DNA from: Escherichia phage Murica
Strand: one strand, 5' to 3'
Sequence record: NC_041871.1
Length of the DNA stretch: 64,000 nt
Below are positions 10,078 through 19,866 of the stretch, in pieces. The notes beneath the pieces are model-generated. The model did no database searches. It saw only the letters and a list, made by a program, of their open reading frames with translations, and was not told where the DNA came from. The first letter of the stretch is position 1; the number at the start of each line of letters is the position of its first letter. The translations under genes and the position numbers were made by a program.

Positions 10078-10755
10078 TTAGTGCGGTCCACTTGTCTCGC
10101 CATCAGGGCAAGAGTGGGTATGACCTTTATATTCTGCATAGAATGAATCCAAATCCACGCCAGCAGCAGTTATAATTCTACCAGATGGGTCTATTGTAGC
10201 ACCATTCATTCTGATATTCCCATCCACAGCAGCTCGCAAATTGGCAGCCCCGTTAGTGAAAGAAAACTCCCCGCTGCTGTCGCACCGTAATGTCCCACCA
10301 GGTGTTTGAAGCTCAAAATCGCCAGAAGGTGTCAGTTTAAAATAAACCCTATCATTCCATAACTCTACGTTATCAGGATCGATCTGTAAGGCGTTTGAGT
10401 CTGAATGAACAGAGGTGATTGCCCACCCTGGAAACAGGCCGTGAGTTTGTTGATCGTCGTTATTGTTTTCATTTCTCTCTGAAAACTGCAATCCTACAAC
10501 ATCTCCAGCCTTAATAGGGAGTGTTAACCTTGCCTTTCCGCTGTTTGCAGACATCACCTGAATTGGAACGTCATAGATAAGAGGGTATCTCTCCACATCT
10601 CCGTCATCAAACGTAGTTTCAGCTATTGGCTGCACGGCTGCAGAAGGTATACTGTAGTCTACACTGACAACTCTGGCCCTGATACTGGTGTGGTAGTCCC
10701 TCATTATTTTTTCTATAAAAGATCTTACAGCAGCATCTTTCCTATTTATTGCCAT
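10078..10755 (-). CDS. putative baseplate central spike / puncturing protein
   Basis: 225 aa; C-terminal GHTHSCPDG (HxH) motif resembling the metal-binding spike tip of gpV/gp5-type proteins; sits between tape measure and fibre genes. Confidence 0.45.
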   Translation of the reverse strand: MAINRKDAAVRSFIEKIMRDYHTSIRARVVSVDYSIPSAAVQPIAETTFDDGDVERYPLIYDVPIQVMSANSGKARLTLPIKAGDVVGLQFSERNENNNDDQQTHGLFPGWAITSVHSDSNALQIDPDNVELWNDRVYFKLTPSGDFELQTPGGTLRCDSSGEFSFTNGAANLRAAVDGNIRMNGATIDPSGRIITAAGVDLDSFYAEYKGHTHSCPDGETSGPH

Positions 10756-11759
10756 TATACCTCCTCAGTTTTGTCAACAACTCCACCCACTGTTTCCCCA
10801 AGGCCAAGCTCTGTAGTGTAATCACCACCTTCTATGGTGCCCTTATGATGCACCGTGATCACCTTATAGAAGCCTGTATATTGCTTGCTTTTAAGATAAA
10901 TAGTGGACTCTGGGAGGATAGCTCCGTTAAGGCATGTGGTTACAGTAAGGCCAACATCCTCTCTCGGGTTTTTCTTTTTCTTTTTAGATGTCGAACCACC
11001 TTTGGCAGCAGCTTTAGCTTTTCGTTTTTTAGCAGGTTCTGGGTTTTTAGGGGTAGGAGATCCGTGCATCCCAGACTCTGCACTTATTTCAAACACAGAG
11101 TCTTTGAACCTTTTTCCAACCTTGGTCCAATACAAAGCCCCATCCTGAACGCTAAATGTTGAGTTGGTCAGCCTTGCAAACCTGCGGAGGTTCTCTGCAG
11201 TGTTTCCAGAGAAAGCCATAGAGTATTGCAAAGTCTGGTTTCCAAAACCAACAACCCTACCTTTTGGCAAGTTCATATCCTTCAGTAGGTCATTAAGCAC
11301 AGAGTTCAGAGGTGTACCTTTCTGATAAGATCTTGTGCTTTGGCACTTAATGATGTTCTCAGTGCCATCCCCAAAGATGAACTTAGTTTTTCTGGTCGGA
11401 CCTTCCCACCTGTCTTCAACAAACTCCACAGTTCCGGAGAATATCAACTGGTTCTCATTATCATAGCCAGCTTCAAACATAACTGCAAGGGCATCAGCCT
11501 GATGCATATCCAGATAGTTAACTGTATCGTCAGACAGGTTGTAAACTGTCACATAACCTTTGTTTGGCTCTTTGGTATTGTCCTTTTGTATGTCAAACTC
11601 TATATTGGCAGCACCAGTGTCCGAGCTAACTTCATAAACTCCGGAATCACTCTCCCCTTTCTTTTCAACAGATTTTGGGATATTGGTTTTTGATTTACCG
11701 CCATGTTCTACAGGACGACCAAACAATAATCGCCATGTTCTACGTCTGTACTCTGCCAT
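10755..11759 (-). CDS. hypothetical tail/baseplate protein with internal Lys-rich low-complexity segment
   Basis: 334-aa ORF, ATG start; KKRKAKAAAKGG..KKKKK tract. Confidence 0.5.
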   Translation of the reverse strand: MAEYRRRTWRLLFGRPVEHGGKSKTNIPKSVEKKGESDSGVYEVSSDTGAANIEFDIQKDNTKEPNKGYVTVYNLSDDTVNYLDMHQADALAVMFEAGYDNENQLIFSGTVEFVEDRWEGPTRKTKFIFGDGTENIIKCQSTRSYQKGTPLNSVLNDLLKDMNLPKGRVVGFGNQTLQYSMAFSGNTAENLRRFARLTNSTFSVQDGALYWTKVGKRFKDSVFEISAESGMHGSPTPKNPEPAKKRKAKAAAKGGSTSKKKKKNPREDVGLTVTTCLNGAILPESTIYLKSKQYTGFYKVITVHHKGTIEGGDYTTELGLGETVGGVVDKTEEV

Positions 11760-12139
11760 TATTCTAACCCTTGCTGTTCCTTGTAAAGATCAACCGGGGT
11801 GCCGTATACAAGTTGTAGCTCAGATCTCGCCCCAAGGTTATATCTTCCAACTCTACCCCAATATTGATCGTCTTTAAACGACAGCACCATCAGTCTTCCT
11901 TTCGGTAAATCATCTCTGTAATGCAGTCCGTCTAAAATATCTTGACAAGCTGTTACTTTTCTGGTTACTAAAGGGCTATCACCTACTGGACCAAGAGATA
12001 ACCACCAGGACTCATCCCTCTCATTCCATTGCATACGCATTTCATACGTTTCATTGTCTAAAACAACACGCATGGTTTGGTCAGGAAAGCCGTCAATGTC
12101 CCACACAAAGGTGATTATGCACCAATCTTTAAGCTCCAT
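11759..12139 (-). CDS. hypothetical tail protein
   Basis: 126-aa ORF, start/stop coupled with neighbours. Confidence 0.45.
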   Translation of the reverse strand: MELKDWCIITFVWDIDGFPDQTMRVVLDNETYEMRMQWNERDESWWLSLGPVGDSPLVTRKVTACQDILDGLHYRDDLPKGRLMVLSFKDDQYWGRVGRYNLGARSELQLVYGTPVDLYKEQQGLE

Positions 12140-12151
12140 TATACGCTCCCC

Positions 12152-13063
12152 TTATTTCCCGTTAACTTTGTTGTAGTTTCCCTGCTCAGATGGGACTATG
12201 GTAGAAGGTCTTCCATATTCCTGATAATACCAATCCGCAGCCGATTGGGTAACACCGTTTTCATCTGTCCACATCATAGATTTGTATGGCTGCCACTCCT
12301 CTGCAGCGTTTGTGGATGCAGTGTCTGCGAATGCTCCTGTGTCCCTCTTGTTACCTACGTTACTACCATTCTTACAGTCGTTGACAGCGCCTTTTTGTTG
12401 GGTCTTGCCTACTTTCTTAGGATTGCTGTATACAGTTGCATTAACAACCTTATTCAAGTAGAATGTGCGGAACTCTGTAAGTTCTACATCAAACACCATT
12501 GCAGCGCCTTCACCAACAGACTTGTTGGCAGAAAGACTGGTTATGATGTAGTTCTCAAGAAGTCTCTCCTCGGTAACCAAAGAAACCAACTGTCGCTTAT
12601 TGATAATCTCAGTCAAAGCCTCCAATGCAGCGCCTGGTCGCATAGATGCTGCAGGGTTTTTAGAGTCAGTATTCCTATCAATGTAGTTTTGCTCATAGAT
12701 TATGTGTGGGGATGTATTTACCCTACCAGTAAAAGAAAATACACCATCTTTAATTACGGCGTGGTCTGACAGGGTAGATTTATCTTCCACCGCAAACCCA
12801 GTCTTATCAACAGAATGTTTGAAAGAGTAATTCTCAACCTGATCGAAGATAATGGCAAGATCGTTAGTAAAGTTTTTACCCTTCATCTCCGTATTGCGAC
12901 CGCCATAGTTAAGACCGCTGACAAACATAGTGTACTTTACATCGCTTTCAGTTTGCTGCTCTGCCTTTTCAGCCTTTGGAGATTTAACCTCTTGAGGCTT
13001 GTACAGGTCTTTTTCATCAACTATATTGCTTGGCATAACCTCTCCAGGACACTCCGATACCAT
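12152..13063 (-). CDS. hypothetical tail protein (distal tail candidate)
   Basis: 303-aa ORF directly downstream of the tape measure gene. Confidence 0.45.
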   Translation of the reverse strand: MVSECPGEVMPSNIVDEKDLYKPQEVKSPKAEKAEQQTESDVKYTMFVSGLNYGGRNTEMKGKNFTNDLAIIFDQVENYSFKHSVDKTGFAVEDKSTLSDHAVIKDGVFSFTGRVNTSPHIIYEQNYIDRNTDSKNPAASMRPGAALEALTEIINKRQLVSLVTEERLLENYIITSLSANKSVGEGAAMVFDVELTEFRTFYLNKVVNATVYSNPKKVGKTQQKGAVNDCKNGSNVGNKRDTGAFADTASTNAAEEWQPYKSMMWTDENGVTQSAADWYYQEYGRPSTIVPSEQGNYNKVNGK

Positions 13064-13102
13064 CTAGATATTGTATCATAAAATAGCCGTTTTTACAACA
13101 CC

Positions 13103-13130
13103 GATAAAATAAAGGGGGCCGGAGCCCCCC
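13103..13130 (-). terminator. rho-independent terminator-like hairpin after the tape measure gene
   Basis: GGGGGC-N4-GCCCCC stem followed on the minus strand by TTTATTTTATC. Confidence 0.5.
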
Positions 13131-13141
13131 TGCACAGTTTA

Positions 13142-15478
13142 TTACCAAAGGTCGGTAGACATGAAGTTGATATCTTTATTGTTCTCCCACTCAAGTTTTG
13201 CATCAAATATTTTGTTAAACTCACCCTCATCTATTGAAATCGTGATTTTCCCATCACTGATCTCTAAAGGTAGCATTTCCATAGTTCTTAACTGAGAAGC
13301 AAAACCAGGGCCACCCGGCAACGGAAGAGTCCCGCCAGGCAAGGTGTCCAAAGGATTAACAAACCCGTTACCTCCCGATATGATATCTTTGCGAATCATA
13401 TCGCTGATAGTATCCAGCTGCTGATTTCTTTCACTTAGTGGGTTGTAACGGTCATTAAATAATTCCCCGGCGCTTAGTATTGTACCGATAATGCCCAGCT
13501 TACCGAGCAGACCAACTTTGCCACCAGGTGTCTTGAGGCCACCTCCACCTTTTCCTGCCGGAGCTCCACCACCAGATCCTTCTGTAGTAGCGGCACCTGC
13601 TGCTCCAGCTGCACCCCTTAGAGAGTTAAGGAATTTAAAGGTTTTTACAAGCATAGATGCCATGACAAAACCTTTTGTTAGGGCGTTGACGACCAGCATG
13701 ATGGCAGCAGCAAACCCTGCCCATTTAGCATAGCTAAAGGTGTCATGAAGCTCTTCAGAATATTCCTTCGTCTTAGCTGTTATGAACCCCCATTTAATCC
13801 CCCATTCAAGGAAAAACATGCGGATCTTGACTATAGTGTTGTTTAGTTCACCAACTACCCAGTTAAGGCCTCTCACAAACCCGCTAACAAAATCACCAGA
13901 GGCATCCCACACAAATTGCAGAGTCTCGCCCGTGCGGATCAGTGTATAATAGAACTCTGTTAGTTCGTCAGACCAACGGGTGAACAGTTTCTGACGAGTC
14001 AGTTCGATGAAGGTTTTCAGTCTGTTTTCTGCCAGCACGTTAGACTTCTGCATTCTTTCATAACCAGCTGCAGATGCCTCGTTCATGTACTTAGCCACAT
14101 ACTTCATGATCTTGGCTGTTTTAACCTCACCTTTCTTCATCATGTCCATGAACTGATCCATGGAGAGTTCAGAAAGACCAAAAGCCTCTTTGGTGGCCTT
14201 GATAAAAGGTTCGTATGCACCAGGCAATGCTTCGGCAAGTTGTTGCTTCAGTTCTTCGGACATTACTTGTCCTTTCCCAAGCATCTGTTGGATTGCCATG
14301 ATACCACGCTGGTATTTTACCTCATCGGCACCATAAGCAGCAGCATACTGGGAGTATGCAGAGAACAGCTCATGAACCTCCTGATTTGTCATCTGGTTTT
14401 TGGCGTTTACCGACATCTGGGCGTAACCTTGAAGACCAGATTTGAGATCAAAACCAAGACGCATAGCCTCTTGCTGGACAAACGCAACCTCACTGTTGGC
14501 TTTGTTTGGATCTCCAGTAACAGCAGTAAGAGCAGCACTTGCCCCCTCCATCATGTGACCGGATCTGTTAACCGCAGCAAATCCAGAAAAAGCTGTATAC
14601 GCAGCTGTTGCATTAATAACAGATCTACGTAAGTCTCTCATGGCATCGCCTAGTGTAAGCGTTTGGCTGGTGGCGCTTTTAAACCCAGACTGCAGCGCTG
14701 ACAGGTGGGCGTTAAAGGTTGACTTCTTCATCTCCCCGCGAGCAAACCTGGACTCTAACTCTGAGTATCCTGGCAAGCTTCCACGGAATCCGGCCCCATA
14801 CTTGGCAGAAAGTCTTATCGCGGAGTTGTAGAGGTGGGTTCTCCTTGCCTCACGATCCGACATAAGCCTATTATCCATACCAGCTTTACTGTCTCTTCTT
14901 AGCTGTCTATGATAACGATTCATAGCGGCTGTCTGAGCTTTCACAAGGTTAGGGTCGGAAGCCACACCACCCATATTAGGGTTACCGGGGATATATTTGA
15001 AAGATTTGGCATTAGCCAAAACTCTTGCCTTAGGTGCCTTATAACCACCGTAAGACACTGGTGCAGATTTGGCAGCCTTTTTGGCCTCTTTAGCTTGCTG
15101 CTGGTAGAACTTACGCATCCTAGCCATTTCTGGATTTTTAGCGGTAAGATTACCTACAGCTTGTTTACGTCTCGCATTCTCCCTACGTTCTATTGCAGCC
15201 CTTACTGCAGCCTCTTTCTTGGCCTGTGCTACGCTCTCTCTGTGCAGTTTAGCATTTGCCTGAGATTGCTGTCTGGCAACCCTCTGCATTGTCTGCTGGG
15301 TTTTAACAGCTACCGCCTGCCATCTACTCATGGGGTTGGCTGAGTTAAAATCCTCGCCCAGTTTCCTGAACTCCCTCCCAATACTGCGAATTTTCTCTAC
15401 AGCTTTTTTGTAGGAGGAGTTCTCTATCTCAAAGCCAATCTTGTTGACTGTTGTGGCAACTATTTTGTTTGTAGCCAT
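13142..15478 (-). CDS. tail tape measure protein
   Basis: 778 aa, alpha-helical/charged N-terminal part, Gly-rich hydrophobic segment, preceded by chaperone genes; GAGGA RBS. Confidence 0.8.
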   Translation of the reverse strand: MATNKIVATTVNKIGFEIENSSYKKAVEKIRSIGREFRKLGEDFNSANPMSRWQAVAVKTQQTMQRVARQQSQANAKLHRESVAQAKKEAAVRAAIERRENARRKQAVGNLTAKNPEMARMRKFYQQQAKEAKKAAKSAPVSYGGYKAPKARVLANAKSFKYIPGNPNMGGVASDPNLVKAQTAAMNRYHRQLRRDSKAGMDNRLMSDREARRTHLYNSAIRLSAKYGAGFRGSLPGYSELESRFARGEMKKSTFNAHLSALQSGFKSATSQTLTLGDAMRDLRRSVINATAAYTAFSGFAAVNRSGHMMEGASAALTAVTGDPNKANSEVAFVQQEAMRLGFDLKSGLQGYAQMSVNAKNQMTNQEVHELFSAYSQYAAAYGADEVKYQRGIMAIQQMLGKGQVMSEELKQQLAEALPGAYEPFIKATKEAFGLSELSMDQFMDMMKKGEVKTAKIMKYVAKYMNEASAAGYERMQKSNVLAENRLKTFIELTRQKLFTRWSDELTEFYYTLIRTGETLQFVWDASGDFVSGFVRGLNWVVGELNNTIVKIRMFFLEWGIKWGFITAKTKEYSEELHDTFSYAKWAGFAAAIMLVVNALTKGFVMASMLVKTFKFLNSLRGAAGAAGAATTEGSGGGAPAGKGGGGLKTPGGKVGLLGKLGIIGTILSAGELFNDRYNPLSERNQQLDTISDMIRKDIISGGNGFVNPLDTLPGGTLPLPGGPGFASQLRTMEMLPLEISDGKITISIDEGEFNKIFDAKLEWENNKDINFMSTDLW

Positions 15479-15487
15479 GGTTTCCTC

Positions 15488-15529
15488 ATAATAAAAAGGG
15501 CCAGATCCCAGAAAAGGAATCCGGCCCTT
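15488..15529 (-). terminator. terminator-like hairpin between chaperone and tape measure genes
   Basis: imperfect GC-rich inverted repeat followed on the minus strand by TTTTTATTAT. Confidence 0.4.
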
Positions 15530-15532
15530 AGA

Positions 15533-15907
15533 TTATCCTCTCCTGCGCTTAGCTTTCGCAGCAGCTGCGGCAGCCTTCTGCTCCCGCTCCATTTCCCTGT
15601 TTTGGACGGTATCTAGGAATTCTTCGATATCAAGATACTCACAGAGCTTCAGGAAATACGCCATATCTGCAAGATTTAGCGATTCAAAATTTTCCCCTTT
15701 GAAATTCTTGAGCACCCTACACCAAAGAAAGTCGAACCAGTTGAGTGAACTGTTCTTGGCTGCCCACTCACTGGCCCTCACAACAACCTTGCTTATTCCT
15801 GCTCTTCCGGAGTCTGATCCAGGTTGTTCACCTGCTGAATCATACCCATCTGCTGTAACATCTCCAGAAGGCTTCCTAAACCGTCTTGTGTGAAAAAACA
15901 GCCGTAG
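15533..15907 (-). CDS. -1 frame extension of the tail assembly chaperone (putative frameshift product C-terminal part)
   Basis: the frame of ORF 15533..15781 is open upstream to 15907 and is the -1 frame relative to the chaperone ORF. Confidence 0.4.
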   Translation of the reverse strand, partial: LRLFFHTRRFRKPSGDVTADGYDSAGEQPGSDSGRAGISKVVVRASEWAAKNSSLNWFDFLWCRVLKNFKGENFESLNLADMAYFLKLCEYLDIEEFLDTVQNREMEREQKAAAAAAKAKRRRG

Positions 15908-16266
15908 TTAACCTCCAGAACCTTACCTGCCAGCTTAATCATCTCCAGCAGATGCCCTGCAAACACAACATCTGGGTTAAGCTTATCCACACCATCTACG
16001 GTAATATCTTCGAACAAGATTTTAAATAACTCTTCAATAGAGCTATCATCAAGTTCTTGGAACAGGTAAGCCAGAGCAGTAGGAAGGACCTCTGCCATAT
16101 TCTGACCACCAGAGATAATAGATCCACCGATAGCACCTAGCGGGACAGCCACAATCTTACCGATTTTAGGCATGTTTTTCATTGCTTTCATCGGTCCCCA
16201 GTGGGTGATCACAAAGTTGTGCCCTGCTAAATCAATCTCTGTTGTAGGTCTAAAGTTTATAGCCAT
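15793..16266 (-). CDS. tail assembly chaperone
   Basis: 157-aa acidic protein immediately upstream of the tape measure gene; AAGGATG RBS. Confidence 0.6.
   Translation of the reverse strand: MAINFRPTTEIDLAGHNFVITHWGPMKAMKNMPKIGKIVAVPLGAIGGSIISGGQNMAEVLPTALAYLFQELDDSSIEELFKILFEDITVDGVDKLNPDVVFAGHLLEMIKLAGKVLEVNYGCFFTQDGLGSLLEMLQQMGMIQQVNNLDQTPEEQE
15892..15898 (-). other. candidate -1 programmed ribosomal frameshift slippery heptamer T_TTT_TTC
   Basis: heptamer in the 0 frame of the chaperone ORF (codons C-F-F-T); the -1 frame stays open to 15533. Confidence 0.45.
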
Positions 16267-16293
16267 TTTATAGCATCCTTATTAGTCATGTTG

Positions 16294-16337
16294 TGCACCA
16301 TATTTGTGTATTTTACCATGATTATGGTGCATTGTCA
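16294..16337 (-). promoter_or_regulatory. minus-strand promoter (TTGACA-17-TAAAAT) overlapped by a 9-bp inverted repeat TGCACCATA/TATGGTGCA
   Basis: -35 at 16332-16337 and -10 at 16309-16314 on the minus strand; inverted repeat arms at 16294-16302 and 16323-16331. Confidence 0.5.
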
Positions 16338-16377
16338 ATTTAACCTTTCAAGCAATTCAAGAACGTGTGTCAAAACC

Positions 16378-16411
16378 ATAAAAGCAAAAAGCCCCACCCG
16401 AAGGTGAGGCT
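16378..16411 (-). terminator. rho-independent terminator after the tail tube/sheath genes
   Basis: AGCCTCACC-TTCG-GGTGGGGCT hairpin followed by TTTTTGCTTT on the minus strand. Confidence 0.6.
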
Positions 16412-16428
16412 TATGCTAAAGTGTGCCC

Positions 16429-16902
16429 TTAGATAATACCTGCAAGACCTGCGAGGCCAGTAAGAGCACCAGTGATGTTATCACGGTTGAGCCATGCATC
16501 CAGAATACCGATATCCCAGTCCAGCTGACCTACTTCGGTTCCGTAAGTCAGGTCAGGCTGTTTCTGGATCCAACCAATTGTGGAAATACCAGGACCCTGG
16601 CTACCTTCCAGCAGAACTGGGAAGAATACCAGACCAGTAATCGATGCCTGTTTCTGCCAGTCAGAAAGGTAAGCGTTCCATACAGAAGTGTTCTGCAAAG
16701 ATACAGTCATAACACCAGATTGGTTACGAGACAGGGCCGCAGACATTTCGCCATCCACACCAACGTGAGGGTAGATGTTGTCTTCGTTTCTTGAAACAAC
16801 GATCTTGGTGTCAGCAGCGAAGCCAGTGACACGCTGCTGCATCAGGTACAGTTTGACCTTTTTAGGGTCATACGCATAAGGAGTTAAAATTTGAGTTTCC
16901 AT
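16429..16902 (-). CDS. putative tail tube protein
   Basis: 157-aa ORF immediately after the major tail protein gene; AAGGAAG RBS. Confidence 0.45.
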   Translation of the reverse strand: METQILTPYAYDPKKVKLYLMQQRVTGFAADTKIVVSRNEDNIYPHVGVDGEMSAALSRNQSGVMTVSLQNTSVWNAYLSDWQKQASITGLVFFPVLLEGSQGPGISTIGWIQKQPDLTYGTEVGQLDWDIGILDAWLNRDNITGALTGLAGLAGII

Positions 16903-16912
16903 CTAGTCTTCC

Positions 16913-18289
16913 TTATTCAGTCATTGCAACAGCATTGGTGGATTTAGAACCAACTTTGTCCAGAAGAACGTTGATCCGGATACGAACGAAGTGCAGGGCG
17001 TTGTTATACACCAGTTCTACTTTCACACCTTCCAGAACACGAGCAGCCAACTGATTGGTTGGGATTTCTGCACGTTTAGGAACTGTGATGATCGGGTCGT
17101 AGAATACATTATTGTCTTCGTCGAAACCTGTCAGGATCGCACCATTCTTAATGCCAGTGTTGATTGGGTTGTTCATCAGGACAGACTTGATAACCGGAAG
17201 ATCATCATCAGACATCTTCATGCTTAAACCCATGTTGGAGCGACGATGCATGTACCCAAACATAGATTCTTCAGATCTGAACTTGATCCAGTGTGCAAAA
17301 CGAATAGCGTCTGCATACTGACCTGAAGCACACTTACCTTCCCAGAAAGCGCCAACACCGTTAATCATTCTGTAGAAGTTAACGTGGTTTTCCCAAATAG
17401 CCATACGCTGAGTTAAAGTCAGAGACGGTGCAATCACACCTGGCATCTGTTTTAAGTGCAAGCTGTCGCCGTAAGACGGATCGTTGGATGCCATAGCACC
17501 TATGATACCACCCTCCGGGAAGTCCTTATCTGCACGAGGATCGTACATGCCGACACTGTCATATTGTGCAGCTTTCAGTTTGGTGGCGATGTTATTATCT
17601 TTACCAGTCACATCTTCTGCAGTAGAGTAGACATGCAGCTTGTAGTTAGCCTGAGCCCACTTAGCACATGCTTCAATGTCGGTGTGGTCTTCATGGCACA
17701 GGAAGTACCAATTGTCACGCTCAGCATTGATCTTATCAACTACTGTAGAAGGTTTTTCAGCATTGGCGATATTTTTGATTGTATAGTTACCAGTATGGTA
17801 ACCAACAGTACAGTCACCAGTGATGGTGATAACACCATCAGCAGCCTCTACAGTGATATCGTCCAAGTTATCATCTGCTTCGATTTTAGTCTTCATTGAC
17901 TCTGCAATCTGAGTTGCAGCTGTTCCACCAGAGATAGGGACTATCAAAGAGGTATTGTAGCTACCTTTTGCAATAGTCATTACGACATCGGTATCAGCTG
18001 CGGCAGCAATACCTTTAAAATCTACAGTGGTCTTTTCTTTGGCCTGTCTGCCGATCATAACGTATTGTGGAGGGAATACACCACCAAAAGCTTTTGCTGC
18101 AAACTCATACGCTGCAGAGCCTTGTGCGAAACCATCTTCCACCATCTGATCCAGCTCTGCATATACGCGAGCTCGCTCAGTAAAGTTGTTGTGGATAGCG
18201 ATGAACAGGGGAGTTTCGAAACCTACAGTGTCAATAGGCTGGGTTCCGAGGTTAACTGTAACATCTACCACTTTATCTAAATATGGCAT
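16913..18289 (-). CDS. major tail protein (sheath-like structural protein)
   Basis: 458-aa ORF with a strong RBS, between head and tube/chaperone genes; by recollection resembles phage sheath-like structural proteins. Confidence 0.5.
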   Translation of the reverse strand: MPYLDKVVDVTVNLGTQPIDTVGFETPLFIAIHNNFTERARVYAELDQMVEDGFAQGSAAYEFAAKAFGGVFPPQYVMIGRQAKEKTTVDFKGIAAAADTDVVMTIAKGSYNTSLIVPISGGTAATQIAESMKTKIEADDNLDDITVEAADGVITITGDCTVGYHTGNYTIKNIANAEKPSTVVDKINAERDNWYFLCHEDHTDIEACAKWAQANYKLHVYSTAEDVTGKDNNIATKLKAAQYDSVGMYDPRADKDFPEGGIIGAMASNDPSYGDSLHLKQMPGVIAPSLTLTQRMAIWENHVNFYRMINGVGAFWEGKCASGQYADAIRFAHWIKFRSEESMFGYMHRRSNMGLSMKMSDDDLPVIKSVLMNNPINTGIKNGAILTGFDEDNNVFYDPIITVPKRAEIPTNQLAARVLEGVKVELVYNNALHFVRIRINVLLDKVGSKSTNAVAMTE

Positions 18290-18329
18290 TTGTTTCCTCT
18301 TAATATCTGTGCACGGATATCAAACACGC

Positions 18330-18346
18330 AGTGTAATCATTACACT
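18330..18346 (-). promoter_or_regulatory. perfect palindrome AGTGTAAT-C-ATTACACT upstream of the major tail gene
   Basis: 8-bp arms around a single centre base, between a TATAAT-like element (minus strand, 18352-18357) and the RBS. Confidence 0.4.
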
Positions 18347-18361
18347 ACACAATTATAACGA

Positions 18362-18913
18362 TTACTGACCACTGTCTGTAACCGCTTTACCAGAATTGGG
18401 TGAAGGGAAGTGTGTGGTTATTTCAGCCTTAATTCCCTGAAGATCCTCAAAAGCCCCAATGTCTGTTTCAACAAACCTTACGTTAAATGTCAGCATCACA
18501 GTGGCTCTATTTTCATACGTCTGCTTATTCAACGGCACTCTTTGAGGTGAGATTGTTGAATTGTTAGAGTAGGCAAAGCACGATCCCAGAGGGAAATACT
18601 TGTCATAAAACATTGGAAGGTTTATTGCTTGCAATACTCTGCTAAGTGCAGCATATGCTCTGCCACGATAAGCTGTTAGCAGATAGGTAACAGTGTAGCT
18701 GTGGGTGACGTAAGCATTACCCTCCGCATCTTGAAACTCATTATCTTCCCAAGTGGTGGGATTGATCGCCAAGGTTTGTAAGAGTACAAACTCACCTTCC
18801 GGCTTCGGTATGGTAGAGCTTTCTGCCAGAACTACAGTTCTTCCTGTGGCAACCTTGACAAGCTTAGCAATGGTTGTTTCAAGATCAGAAAAAACTTTTT
18901 CGAAAGCTTCCAT
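18362..18913 (-). CDS. hypothetical head-tail joining/neck protein
   Basis: 183-aa ORF with AAGGAG RBS. Confidence 0.4.
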   Translation of the reverse strand: MEAFEKVFSDLETTIAKLVKVATGRTVVLAESSTIPKPEGEFVLLQTLAINPTTWEDNEFQDAEGNAYVTHSYTVTYLLTAYRGRAYAALSRVLQAINLPMFYDKYFPLGSCFAYSNNSTISPQRVPLNKQTYENRATVMLTFNVRFVETDIGAFEDLQGIKAEITTHFPSPNSGKAVTDSGQ

Positions 18914-19338
18914 CAGTTTTCTCCTTCAGGCTCTTCTACCACAAAAAATCTATATCTCCCACCACCAGAGGTAACATATGCATCGCATTTTAAAACAGTA
19001 AACCATTTCAAGTCACCACGGATGTCAGGCAGCTGAATTTGGTCAGCCATTGCATATGTTCCTTCGTCCGGACTATACAACTTGGTTGAGGAGTAAACTG
19101 TAAAAGCCTCGTACTGTCTGTCACCTTCAGGGTTTATTTGAGAGGAGTAATCTTTAGCTGCCCTTCCTGTCAACGGCTGCACAACACACTCTAAGACATC
19201 AAACTCTTCATACTCAAGTTCTAACCCCTCGTTGGCAAAAGGGCCACCAACTGTTTTGTTATACACTCTGTGGCGACCTTTGAATGTTTTACGAGGTATT
19301 AGTCTGTTCTTTCCTATCAGCTTATAACCTGCTGCCAC
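18913..19338 (-). CDS. hypothetical head-tail joining protein
   Basis: 141-aa ORF, GTG start preceded by AAGGGGG. Confidence 0.4.
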   Translation of the reverse strand: MAAGYKLIGKNRLIPRKTFKGRHRVYNKTVGGPFANEGLELEYEEFDVLECVVQPLTGRAAKDYSSQINPEGDRQYEAFTVYSSTKLYSPDEGTYAMADQIQLPDIRGDLKWFTVLKCDAYVTSGGGRYRFFVVEEPEGEN

Positions 19339-19354
19339 TCAACCCCCTTATTTT

Positions 19355-19813
19355 TTACTGTCCGATTTTAAAGGTTGCAGATTCAAGCAGCACATCGTAA
19401 TGCCGCATAGCCTCGTTGAAGCCTTTCTCTTGTGCCCACTGCTCGCTAACAGTAGGATTACTAAACTGCCCAGCCTCAATAACAAACTGGATAGCTTTGG
19501 CCCCTGTGTCCCCCATCTGCTTAAGAATAGCCTCTGCACTTGATCCTCTAGCCATAGCTCTCAACAATTTTTCTGTCAAGGTCTGTAGTTGAGTGCTGTG
19601 AAATGCAAAGGCTGTCTCCATGAAATTGCGAACAGGCAGCCCGTTCCAACCGAAGTTGTGAATGGCTGCCAATGTTGCCATATTTAAGCCTGACGGGTGA
19701 GGTTCATCATAAAAGCCGTAGGTTATTGTTTTACTTTCAAGTCTCACAAGTTCTTTGTAGAAGCTATCTAAACGCTTTAGGTTGAACCTTGTTTGACATT
19801 TAACCTTTAGCAT
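19355..19813 (-). CDS. hypothetical protein (head completion candidate)
   Basis: ORF track 19355..19825 trimmed to ATG at 19811-19813 with GAGGG RBS. Confidence 0.4.
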   Translation of the reverse strand: MLKVKCQTRFNLKRLDSFYKELVRLESKTITYGFYDEPHPSGLNMATLAAIHNFGWNGLPVRNFMETAFAFHSTQLQTLTEKLLRAMARGSSAEAILKQMGDTGAKAIQFVIEAGQFSNPTVSEQWAQEKGFNEAMRHYDVLLESATFKIGQ

Positions 19814-19866
19814 TATATCCCTCACTAATGTATTTTACCACAAAGATACATCAAAAGCAACAATTT

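Noticed and set aside
10960-11045. Poly-T/poly-A rich tract as a second programmed frameshift or slippage site
   Set aside because: It encodes an in-frame Lys-rich segment of the 10755..11759 protein and the alternative frames close quickly; treated as a low-complexity coding region.
19348-19539. 63-aa minus-strand ORF overlapping 19355..19813 in another frame
   Set aside because: Entirely nested within a longer gene on the same strand, with no independent start signals.
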